Source of the DNA: Gammaproteobacteria bacterium
GTDB taxonomy: Bacteria > Pseudomonadota > Gammaproteobacteria > UBA4575
NCBI GenBank assembly: GCA_965222615.1
Contig: CBDCUI010000009.1
Coordinates: 384,001 to 448,000 of the forward strand
DNA length: 64,000 nucleotides
Direction: 5' to 3'
Made by a program: the position numbers and the translations under genes. Position 1 is the first letter of the stretch, and each line of letters starts with the position of its first letter. The notes under the pieces were generated by a model. The model was not told the DNA's origin and made no database searches. It worked only from the letters and a program-made list of their open reading frames with translations. Positions 8,756 to 16,608 of this stretch are shown here, piece by piece.

Positions 8756-9412
8756 TCATTTATTTTCACTCTTTAACTCCACGGCTTTTTTGGTAATCAA
8801 CGTATACTCATCATTTGACTCACTGAATTTCGTCTTTTCAACAACACTGAAGCCAGTCTGTTCAAGCGCCAGTTCTATCTGCTGGTTTGATAGCAGATTA
8901 ATCAATGGCAAGAATCCAAGTCTCCCGGCTGATCGGATAAGTTTGCCAATGACTATATTTTTCTCGCCTAGGCATGCGGTCTCTAAAATAAACAAACCAC
9001 CTGGTTTCAGGATGTCATATATACGTCTAAAAGCCTCATCGATATCTTCAAAAAAATGAAGCACATAAAAAGCCATTACCACGTCAAAGCTACCAGAATC
9101 AAAACGCTCATCAAAAACAGTGGTTTGTACAAATTCAACGTTTTTAATTTCACGCTCAACCTTTCTCCTCTCCGCAATGGCCAGTAATTTGTTGGAGATA
9201 TCAATACCTGTTACGTGTTTTACATTATTTGCAAGATCGCCGCATTGAGTGCCGGTACCACAACCAATATCGAGCACATAATCCTCCGATGACAAGTAGG
9301 ATTTTAATTTTTCGATCTTCTTCTGGTAAGCCGCAACGTCAGAAATCGGCGATGCAGCATATTTTGAAGCGATCAGATTCCAGAATTTCTCAGGTGATGT
9401 TCGAAACAGCAT
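8756..9412 (-). CDS. Class I SAM-dependent methyltransferase (cassette)
   Basis: VLDIGCGTG, TGIDIS, LKPGGLF. Confidence 0.93.
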   Translation of the reverse strand: MLFRTSPEKFWNLIASKYAASPISDVAAYQKKIEKLKSYLSSEDYVLDIGCGTGTQCGDLANNVKHVTGIDISNKLLAIAERRKVEREIKNVEFVQTTVFDERFDSGSFDVVMAFYVLHFFEDIDEAFRRIYDILKPGGLFILETACLGEKNIVIGKLIRSAGRLGFLPLINLLSNQQIELALEQTGFSVVEKTKFSESNDEYTLITKKAVELKSENK

Positions 9413-9474
9413 GTCCCTATCCTATTTGTAGATAAAGGAAGCTGACCACTTTGCTTGGTCCTTTGATTCTTTAT

Positions 9475-9549
9475 GCATAACGGTTGAGCTAAGGGGCCGC
9501 GTGTAAACGCGGTCCCGTGCGAAGCACGTACTTGAGCGACTTGTTATGT
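9475..9549 (-). repeat. attC site
   Basis: gcataac...gttatgt; ccgcgt/acgcgg and gtgc gaa gcac stems. Confidence 0.9.
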
Positions 9550-10110
9550 CCATTTACTAAATATCATGTTCCAATTATTTAAATACTGAGAATAATCTCT
9601 GTTTTTAGGCGCCACTTTATTGTCGATAACTAATTCATCCGTTGCTTTTTTCCTTAGCCCTCTCGTTTCCCAACATTTGCCATTTTTTGAAACCCAAAGA
9701 TATATATTTGGCGATTTATTTTCTTTGTGAACTGTATTTAACCGCTTAATAAGTTCTTGAGGCGTTAAAATTACATACTGCATATTTTTTTGGTTAAATG
9801 TATGCATCACAAAGATCCAATACTCGGCATTAGAATTAGATATTTTTTCTTTATTTAAAGTCCACCAACCACATGAAATTAAATTAGAATGATATTCAGA
9901 TCTAATATGTGTCACCAAGAAATCTTTAGAAAATTTTACTTGAATAGATGAGGTTTTTTTATTTAATTGATCAGTAACTAGAATATCAACTCCAGTATCT
10001 TTTGATGGTACCCATATATTTACTTTTCCCCCATTCGGATCAACCAAGTTTTGTTCAATGTGCGATCCCACTAAATATTCACCTGCATGAATAGTAAACA
10101 AAGGTTGCAT
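9544..10110 (-). CDS. PD-(D/E)XK restriction-endonuclease-like protein (cassette)
   Basis: AGEYLV helix, DTGVDILV, IQVK motifs. Confidence 0.7.
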   Translation of the reverse strand: MQPLFTIHAGEYLVGSHIEQNLVDPNGGKVNIWVPSKDTGVDILVTDQLNKKTSSIQVKFSKDFLVTHIRSEYHSNLISCGWWTLNKEKISNSNAEYWIFVMHTFNQKNMQYVILTPQELIKRLNTVHKENKSPNIYLWVSKNGKCWETRGLRKKATDELVIDNKVAPKNRDYSQYLNNWNMIFSKWT

Positions 10111-10124
10111 TCATCACCCTTTTG

Positions 10125-10211
10125 ACATAACGTGGAGCTGAACGACTATTCATTCAAGTGGGGAGGATTCCCCGCTTGAATGAATCAGTTAGTTCGAGCG
10201 TCTTGTTAGGT
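10125..10211 (-). repeat. attC site
   Basis: acataac...gttaggt; long attcattcaag/cttgaatgaat stem. Confidence 0.92.
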
Positions 10212-10568
10212 CCCTTTTCTATCACGAAAAACATAATGCATTGCCGCCTCATAAAGAAACCAAAGTACGGCTATAGAAGTTGCTATTTTGTTCATTCGAA
10301 CAATTTCGGCGCCACAATCGCCGCTGTAATTCCAGTGCCCGAAGTACGACACCAAAAGATATATGCCTGGAATCACGCAAATAAAAAAGCTTGGTTTTCT
10401 TAAGTAACTAATTACTATCGCGCCCATTAAAATCAAGATCCCAACCCTTATTATTGGATCCGTAATATCCAAAAACCCCGGGGCAAAATAGCCACTGAAG
10501 CAGGCATAAGCAGGGCAGCAAGAACTCCAAATACATAATGAAGCTAGAACATTCTTCGTATTCGTCAC
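10206..10568 (-). CDS. Membrane hypothetical protein (cassette)
   Basis: Signal-like N-terminus plus 3 TM segments; stop codon within attC core. Confidence 0.7.
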   Translation of the reverse strand: MTNTKNVLASLCIWSSCCPAYACFSGYFAPGFLDITDPIIRVGILILMGAIVISYLRKPSFFICVIPGIYLLVSYFGHWNYSGDCGAEIVRMNKIATSIAVLWFLYEAAMHYVFRDRKGT

Positions 10569-10573
10569 GAGAG

Positions 10574-10632
10574 ACCTAACGTTTCACTAAGGCGCGCCGC
10601 TTTTTGGCGTCGCATTGAGTGGCTGGTTATGT
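10574..10632 (-). repeat. attC site
   Basis: acctaac...gttatgt; gcgcgcc/ggcgtcgc stem. Confidence 0.85.
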
Positions 10633-10997
10633 AGTGATGTTCTATTCACAAATTCAACTAAAATATTACTATCTATTAAAAAAACACCATATTGTGATGG
10701 GTCATATCGATCTCGCTTCTCAATAGTATTATAAGGTTCAAATAAATCTACACTACTAGCATTATCAATATAAAATCCCATTTTAAATCTATTAGCATAC
10801 TCGCAACTTTTTAGATTAACTACACTTCCAGCTTTCAAGTATACTTGCTCAGAAACAAGATCTTTCTTTAGCTTTGCTGGATAGGGTTTGCTGCACATGA
10901 AATCAAGTTCTCCTGAACCATAATACCATCCGATAATCCCTCCTAAAGGCAGACAAATAATTGCAGATACAGCTACACTAGAAAATATCTTCTTCAT
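10587..10997 (-). CDS. Hypothetical protein with N-terminal TM (cassette), reads into attC
   Basis: ORF track; cassette ends gttatgtag/ctacataac are complementary. Confidence 0.7.
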   Translation of the reverse strand: MKKIFSSVAVSAIICLPLGGIIGWYYGSGELDFMCSKPYPAKLKKDLVSEQVYLKAGSVVNLKSCEYANRFKMGFYIDNASSVDLFEPYNTIEKRDRYDPSQYGVFLIDSNILVEFVNRTSLHNQPLNATPKSGAP

Positions 10998-11014
10998 ATA
11001 TATCCATGAAAGCT

Positions 11015-11076
11015 ACATAACGCCCCGCATCAGCGGCGCGGCCTTGGCCGCGTCCGTCTGCATGCGCTTGTTAGGT
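11015..11076 (-). repeat. attC site
   Basis: acataac...gttaggt; gcgcggcc/ggccgcgt stem. Confidence 0.92.
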
Positions 11077-11436
11077 GCCGCCGCCAATTATCCCCCAAAG
11101 CCACTGACTGACAATTGTAACGGCTACACCTACTACAAATGCTGTAACCAATGACCAAATCCTTACGCCCTTCTCATAAGTACGTTGCTCTTGTCTGCCC
11201 TCTAAATTCTCTGATCTTCTCTCTGCGTTTCGAGATTGCTCTTCAAGTTCTTTAATTCTGTTTCTGATCCTGATTCGATAACCCCCATCGATATCTCGAT
11301 TTCCTAACATTTCGTCGACTTGACGTAGCTGATCTAATGAGAAAGCTTCAAATTCGGCGTCTGCCTCTGGTTGGCTCTTAAACGTCCTCTGCGTTGTACG
11401 AATGATCTCGTTCTTTTCGTTTTCAGAAATTCGCAT
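11071..11436 (-). CDS. Coiled-coil protein with C-terminal TM anchor (cassette)
   Basis: E/R-rich helix followed by IWSLVTAFVVGVAVTIVSQWLW. Confidence 0.75.
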   Translation of the reverse strand: MRISENEKNEIIRTTQRTFKSQPEADAEFEAFSLDQLRQVDEMLGNRDIDGGYRIRIRNRIKELEEQSRNAERRSENLEGRQEQRTYEKGVRIWSLVTAFVVGVAVTIVSQWLWGIIGGGT

Positions 11437-11442
11437 AAGAGC

Positions 11443-11532
11443 ACCTAACGTGGAGCTGAACGACGACTATTCATTCAAGTGGGGAGGATTCCCCGCTTGA
11501 ATGAATCAGTTGGTTCGAGCGTCTTGTTAGGC
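11443..11532 (-). repeat. attC site (near-identical to 10125-10211)
   Basis: acctaac gtggagctgaacgacgactattcattcaagtggggaggattccccgcttgaatgaat...gttaggc. Confidence 0.92.
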
Positions 11533-11594
11533 GGCGTGGTGGCGTTGCCGGTTGATATAACTTTATTCTCATTAGGGTGCCCCTTGTTTTGTTC

Positions 11595-11644
11595 TCGCAC
11601 TTGCGATCAGTTTTGCGTTACGACAGCACAACGATTTGTTAGTC
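11595..11644 (-). repeat. Half attC remnant
   Basis: cgacagcacaacgatttgttag resembles cgacagcagcgccttgttag of attC 12223-12294; other arm not recognisable. Confidence 0.45.
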
Positions 11645-12214
11645 GTTATCACTACTAAAGCTAAACTGTGACATGTCACCGATCCAAAATAGTTTCGCTA
11701 CACCATCAGACCAGATAAAATCAACTAGGATATTCCTTTCTCCATTATCGAGTATGAATATCGGTTCCTCAATGTCATAAGGAATGAGCCCCCAGTAGAT
11801 TTGTTTTTCGCGTTCATTAAGATATCGGACTTCGAATTGCGCTTTACTCAAGATGGATCGAATTGTCTCGATCAACTCAAGTTTCTCTTCATTCGACTGA
11901 AAGAGTGCACCATTGAACTCTTGGAACTGGCCGTTATCCAAGGGAACAACTGCCGTTGCGGGCGTTAGGTCGAGCACTGCTATGTTTGGGGCGAGCTTAA
12001 TCATTTGCCATAATGCAGGGCCACAAATAATTTTACTAGCGAGATATTCTGTCTTTACTTCACCATTTGATCTAAAAAGACTTTCGACTGCGGTTAGTGC
12101 AGCATCGTTTGCTTCAATCGTAGCTGGCTTATACACGACTTCTCTACCCACAGCACTGCTTAGACAGAGAGCCGCCAGAATAAATGCGGTGACTTGTGAA
12201 ATCTGATAATTCAT
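11639..12214 (-). CDS. Secreted hypothetical protein (cassette)
   Basis: Signal peptide; ICGP.LW and YW.LIPYDIEEPIFI patterns. Confidence 0.75.
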   Translation of the reverse strand: MNYQISQVTAFILAALCLSSAVGREVVYKPATIEANDAALTAVESLFRSNGEVKTEYLASKIICGPALWQMIKLAPNIAVLDLTPATAVVPLDNGQFQEFNGALFQSNEEKLELIETIRSILSKAQFEVRYLNEREKQIYWGLIPYDIEEPIFILDNGERNILVDFIWSDGVAKLFWIGDMSQFSFSSDND

Positions 12215-12222
12215 ATAATGGC

Positions 12223-12294
12223 AGCTAACGCCGCGCTCTGCGGCAAATTTGGAGCGCAGCGGAAAATTTGTCCGACAGCAGCGCCTTGTTAGAG
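12223..12294 (-). repeat. attC site of first cassette
   Basis: agctaac...gttagag; gcgctctgc/gcagcgc and caaattt/aaatttg stems. Confidence 0.93.
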
Positions 12295-12304
12295 GGCTTT
12301 TGGC

Positions 12305-13156
12305 TCATAATTTCGCTGCCTTTCTAAGTGCCTTATAAATGACATTTGAGTCAGCCCCAAGCTGCTTCAACTTAAAAGGTTTTTTTGCATTCTTGGTTAT
12401 GACCCATACTTCTGGTATTCGATTGCCTTTGTGGAAATCGTCAGAAATAACTACATCCTTAATATCGACGAATGGAATGTTTCTTTTGATGAATGGGTAA
12501 GCAACTAAAAAACCATTGCTGGTGATTTGAATGCCCATTGCGGTAACTAGGTATTCATAAGTGATGAAAACAACTAGAACACTCATTGCACCATAACCTA
12601 AAAGAGGGTTGCCATCTTTCCCTACATAGATACCTAATGCAGAAAAGCCGACCACACACGAAAAATAGAATAAATGATATAACGAGCCTTTAGAGAATTT
12701 GGATTGATTGGGCTCTGGATTTAGAGTGCCTGCCTTTTCATTTAATGTATCCCGAAGCAGCTCAAACCCAAGCAATTGATACTCAACTCTAAGTAACTCT
12801 TTTTTATTGCGGTCTAGTAGATCTAAACGTTGCATATACGGCCTTTCTTTTACTCTATGTATTTTCTCCCAAGAGATTAGCCCTTTATCTTTTCCGATGT
12901 GTATATACCAAATTCCGTCGTCATCAGCTGCAACGTCTGCGAATGGCAGTTTTTTCAAAGTAAGCCATGTAAAAATTGAAAAGAACCCAAAGACTACTGT
13001 ACACATTACTGTGACCATGAGAGTGCCATTTGGATTACCTTTGTCTTCATCAGGCAGGAACGGAAGAGCAAACCCTAAAGCTAAAAATGCGATGAAAACT
13101 ATTAAGCATCCTTTCATCAGGGTAATGTATTTTTTATCGAGTTTGAATTCTTGCAT
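12305..13156 (-). CDS. Membrane protein with two TM-hairpin + bacterial PH-like repeats (first cassette)
   Basis: Two repeated 2-TM + beta-rich units (DDDGIW..ISWEKI; TSNGF..IPFVDI). Confidence 0.75.
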   Translation of the reverse strand: MQEFKLDKKYITLMKGCLIVFIAFLALGFALPFLPDEDKGNPNGTLMVTVMCTVVFGFFSIFTWLTLKKLPFADVAADDDGIWYIHIGKDKGLISWEKIHRVKERPYMQRLDLLDRNKKELLRVEYQLLGFELLRDTLNEKAGTLNPEPNQSKFSKGSLYHLFYFSCVVGFSALGIYVGKDGNPLLGYGAMSVLVVFITYEYLVTAMGIQITSNGFLVAYPFIKRNIPFVDIKDVVISDDFHKGNRIPEVWVITKNAKKPFKLKQLGADSNVIYKALRKAAKL

Positions 13157-13171
13157 AAGCTACGTGTAGCC

Positions 13172-13223
13172 CTCTAACTATAAGTAGACGTCCGAAAAGT
13201 CCATTATGAATGGAATTTTTCGG
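13172..13223 (-). other. attI: attI recombination site region
   Basis: Minus strand gtctacttataGTTAGAGggct; GTTAGAGGGCT is complementary to the first cassette's R'' (12288-12298); adjacent inverted repeat 13192-13223. Confidence 0.8.
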
Positions 13224-13308
13224 GGCTTATTAAAATTAATACTTTTTAAATTCATGCTCTTATCATAAAATATGGGGATTATTTAACGAAAATATTCACT
13301 AGATTTCA

Positions 13309-14292
13309 ATGCCCCAACCTCGCCTTTTAGATCAAGTCCGTAAAGCGATGCGTGTACGGCATTATAGTATTCGCACAGAGGAATCCTATATCTCATGGAT
13401 TAAACGGTACATTCTGTTTCACGATAAACAACATCCAAAGAATTTAGGTAAAGATGAAATCACTCAGTTTTTATCTCATCTTGCATCGGATCGAAACGTA
13501 GCAGCCTCCACTCAAAATCAAGCACTCTCTGCCCTACTCTTTCTTTATAAAGAAGTGCTTTCTATCGACCTCCCTTGGTTGGGTGATGTAGTCCGTGCAA
13601 AACGGCCCAGTCGTTTGCCTGTGGTATTAACGCGTCAAGATACCAAACGGCTGTTAGGTGAACTTAACGACACAAATTGGCTCATTGCTAATTTGTTATA
13701 TGGTTCTGGTCTACGACTGATGGAAGCTATTCGCTTGAGGGTCAAAGATGTAGATTTTGACTATGAGCAAATCATTGTGCGTTCCGGAAAAGGTTTTAAA
13801 GATCGTACTACTGTTTTGCCCAACTCCATTGCTAAACATTTGCAAAAACATTTAGCAAAAATTAAAAATCTGCATCAACGTGATCTTGAGGAAGGTTTTG
13901 GTAGTGTGTATTTGCCCTTTGCAATCGAACGTAAATATCCTAATGCCAATAAGGAATGGGGTTGGCAGTATGTATTCCCCTCTTCTAAACGTTCGGTAGA
14001 CCCACAAAGCGGTGTTATTCGTCGACATCATGTTTCTGAAAAAAACCTACAACGTGCGATTAAGCAAGCAACACGAAACTTAGGCATAGTGAAGCCTGTC
14101 AGCACACATACCTTGCGACATTGTTTTGCTACACACTTACTCGAAGACGGCTACGATATTCGCACCATACAAGAGTTACTTGGTCACAAGGACCTAAAAA
14201 CGACTATGATCTACACTCATGTCATGAAAAAAGGCGCGCATGGAGTACGCAGTCCGATTGACCTGCCTGAAATCGAAACCGTCGAGGTTTAA
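13309..14292 (+). CDS. intI: Integron integrase
   Basis: Tyrosine recombinase GLRLME, HTLRHCFATHLL, LLGH, TTMIYTHV plus the IntI-specific insertion VYLPFAIERKYPNA.KEWGWQYVFPS. Confidence 0.97.
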   Translation: MPQPRLLDQVRKAMRVRHYSIRTEESYISWIKRYILFHDKQHPKNLGKDEITQFLSHLASDRNVAASTQNQALSALLFLYKEVLSIDLPWLGDVVRAKRPSRLPVVLTRQDTKRLLGELNDTNWLIANLLYGSGLRLMEAIRLRVKDVDFDYEQIIVRSGKGFKDRTTVLPNSIAKHLQKHLAKIKNLHQRDLEEGFGSVYLPFAIERKYPNANKEWGWQYVFPSSKRSVDPQSGVIRRHHVSEKNLQRAIKQATRNLGIVKPVSTHTLRHCFATHLLEDGYDIRTIQELLGHKDLKTTMIYTHVMKKGAHGVRSPIDLPEIETVEV

Positions 14293-14439
14293 TTAAAAAC
14301 GACAGACCGGTCTACAACTAAAACAGCTCTCTGCCTACCTTATGCAAGGCTTAGTTGTGAATATATGTCGAGTTGAACTGTTAAAAAAAGTTAAGTCTAC
14401 TGAAAAGTTTATTGTGATCTAACCACTAAGAAGGGTTTA

Positions 14440-14655
14440 TTATTTCCATTTTAAATTGAGCTTTCGTCCATTTATAGCACAATCCCTGAGATATAAATTT
14501 ATCAGTGTTTGATATGGAATACCTGATTCTTCTGCAAGTGACTTAAAATAATCAACAGAATCTCGATCCAAACGCATAGTAACAGGCTGCTTTAAATATT
14601 TAATATATGGGTTTTTTTTGCCCTTCATATTAGAAAAGTCATAATGCTTTCTCAT
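14440..14655 (-). CDS. brnA: BrnA-family antitoxin
   Basis: YDFS..KKNPY..KQPVTMRLD...YFK..GIPYQTLINLYL; ATGA overlap with toxin. Confidence 0.9.
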   Translation of the reverse strand: MRKHYDFSNMKGKKNPYIKYLKQPVTMRLDRDSVDYFKSLAEESGIPYQTLINLYLRDCAINGRKLNLKWK

Positions 14656-14945
14656 TTTCGATAACTCCAATATTGTTTAACTTCATCTTTATCCGCCTTT
14701 CTTGCAGATATAATTCGAATTACAGTTTCTTCTTTCCTAAAACAGTGGCAGATAACTAAAGTATTTAACCTGTAACTTGTACCCAACAATATAAAACGAT
14801 CTTCGTCTTCTGAGTGGTCTGGGTCAAAAAATTGTATTGCATTTTCATCATAGAAAGCGGTCCGAGCTTCTTCAAAAGATATACCGTGTTTTTTGATATT
14901 AGCTTTATTTTTACGATTGTCCCACTCGAACTTTAAATATTTCAT
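14652..14945 (-). CDS. brnT: BrnT-family ribonuclease toxin
   Basis: FEWD..KNKANIKKHGISFEEA...E.RF...IRIISARKA. Confidence 0.93.
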   Translation of the reverse strand: MKYLKFEWDNRKNKANIKKHGISFEEARTAFYDENAIQFFDPDHSEDEDRFILLGTSYRLNTLVICHCFRKEETVIRIISARKADKDEVKQYWSYRK

Positions 14946-14973
14946 ATGTACATTGTACATATGAAATATTTAA
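14933..14973. promoter_or_regulatory. Perfect 20+1+20 bp palindrome, putative BrnA operator
   Basis: ttaaatatttcatatgtaca-t-tgtacatatgaaatatttaa overlapping the brnT start. Confidence 0.75.
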
Positions 14974-15031
14974 TATCAAGGATATATATCCCAAGCCCCA
15001 ATGACTAGGGCTTAGCAACTATTAGCATTAC

Positions 15032-16450
15032 TCAAATATGAATAGCGCGATCGTCTACTGCTAAGGCAGCTTCGTGCATACCCTCTGCAAGACTTGGATG
15101 CGCATGAATAGTACGAGCAAGATCTTCGGTTGAGAGTTCAGACTCCATTGCTACTACCGCTTCACTGATGAGTTCAGATGCATTGGGTCCTAATATGTGC
15201 ACACCAAGTATTTGATCGGTTTTTTTGTCTCCGATTATTTTGAACAAACCTTGTGTATCTCCCATTGCGCGAGCACGCCCAAGTGCCATAAATGGGAATG
15301 TGCCAACGCGGTATTCAATTTTTTCTTGTTTACATTGCTGTTCGGTTTTTCCTGCCCATGCAATTTCCGGCCATATGTAGATCACCCATGGAATAGCTTC
15401 ATAGTTCATATGCGCATACTGACCTGCAATTTGTTCCGCAAGTGCAATGCCCTCTTCCGAGCCTTTATGCGCCAACATTGCTCCACCGATTACATCGCCA
15501 ATGGCATACACATTTGCAAGTGAAGTCTGCCAGTTTTCGTTTACTTCGATAAATCCTTTTTGATCGGTTTTGATTTTTACTGCGTCTAAATTTAGTCCTT
15601 GTGTATTTGCCTTGCGTCCGACCGCAACAATGAGCTTACTCACTTCCAAGGTCTTTTCTTCATTATCCGTTGAATATTTCACCAGGACTTTATCGTTATT
15701 AGAAGCAACTTCTTTTACTAAACTATTTAAACGAATGTCTAAGCCTTGTTTAGTTAGAATTTTAAGTGCTTCCTTGCTTATCGCGGTATCTGCCATCGCT
15801 AAAAAGTCTGGTAATGCCTCAAGAATGATCACTTCAGAACCAAGACGATTCCAAACACTGCCCATTTCTAAACCAATTACTCCGGCACCGATAATTCCTA
15901 ACTTCTGGGGCACTTCTTGCATTGCAAGTGCTCCTGTTGAATCGAGAATAGTCTTATTGTTGACTTTGGCAATGGGTATATCAATCGGTACTGAACCGCT
16001 TGCAATAATGATATGTTTGCCCTGAAGTTCTTCAGCTGTGTTGTTGGCTTTGTTAGTAACTTGGATTTGTTGTGCAGAAATAAAACTCGCAGTGCCAACA
16101 AAAACTTCGACTTTATTCTTTTTTAAGAGACTTGCCACACCACCGGTTAGTATCTGCACTACTTTATCTTTACGTTTTTGCATAGTCGGCACATCGACTT
16201 CTAGTTTGCCGACTTTGATGCCATGTTCTTTCGCTTGTGCATGTAAAAAATGCACGTGATGGCTGGAATCGAGTAATGCTTTAGATGGAATACAGCCTAC
16301 ATTTAAACATGTACCCCCGAGAGTGGACTTCCCTTTTGTATTTACCCATGCATCGATACAGGCTACCTTCATGCCCAATTGTGCACAGCGAATTGCGCAT
16401 ACATAGCCTGCCGGGCCTGCGCCTATGACAATAACTTCGTATTTCTTCAT
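15032..16450 (-). CDS. lpdA: Dihydrolipoamide dehydrogenase
   Basis: GAGPAG, GGTCLNVGCIPSK, HAHPSLAE. Confidence 0.97.
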   Translation of the reverse strand: MKKYEVIVIGAGPAGYVCAIRCAQLGMKVACIDAWVNTKGKSTLGGTCLNVGCIPSKALLDSSHHVHFLHAQAKEHGIKVGKLEVDVPTMQKRKDKVVQILTGGVASLLKKNKVEVFVGTASFISAQQIQVTNKANNTAEELQGKHIIIASGSVPIDIPIAKVNNKTILDSTGALAMQEVPQKLGIIGAGVIGLEMGSVWNRLGSEVIILEALPDFLAMADTAISKEALKILTKQGLDIRLNSLVKEVASNNDKVLVKYSTDNEEKTLEVSKLIVAVGRKANTQGLNLDAVKIKTDQKGFIEVNENWQTSLANVYAIGDVIGGAMLAHKGSEEGIALAEQIAGQYAHMNYEAIPWVIYIWPEIAWAGKTEQQCKQEKIEYRVGTFPFMALGRARAMGDTQGLFKIIGDKKTDQILGVHILGPNASELISEAVVAMESELSTEDLARTIHAHPSLAEGMHEAALAVDDRAIHI

Positions 16451-16451
16451 G

Positions 16452-16599
16452 ATTGGAAACTCTGATTTATCCGACTCGTTTTATTTTTTGGGTCGTTAAA
16501 AATGATCTCGGAATGCTCATGTATTGTTATATACACTCCGCTTCTTCGACATTTTTTGCCTCGTCTCAGACATGTCCATTGATAAATCAGTGCCCCAAT
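16452..16599 (+). repeat. Dispersed palindromic element, copy A
   Basis: attggaaactctgatttat...TGCTCATGTA..TACACTCCGC..GCCTCG...ataaatcagtgccccaat. Confidence 0.85.
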
Positions 16600-16608
16600 A
16601 CTTAATGT

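Larger units (their letters stand above)
1..14292. mobile_element. Chromosomal (sedentary) integron: intI + attI + divergent gene-cassette array, truncated by window start
   Basis: Integron integrase at 13309-14292; co-oriented short ORFs on - strand each followed by an RYYYAAC...GTTRRRY imperfect palindrome; core housekeeping genes lie just beyond intI. Confidence 0.96.

Noticed and set aside
3313-8759. ORF-track starts at 4063, 7684, 8200 and 8759 and small ORFs 3313-3504, 6860-7060, 6999-7298
   Set aside because: They begin inside or run across attC sites, or shadow real cassette genes; starts were reassigned downstream
265-12294. Regularly spaced palindromes as a CRISPR array
   Set aside because: Repeats are heterogeneous, about 57-96 bp, separated by whole genes and carry AAC/GTT cores; no cas genes are present
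16452-16599. Hairpin elements A-E as solitary attC sites (CALIN) or simple terminators
   Set aside because: Lack RYYYAAC/GTTRRRY ends and U-tails, occur in both orientations, and sit inside operons
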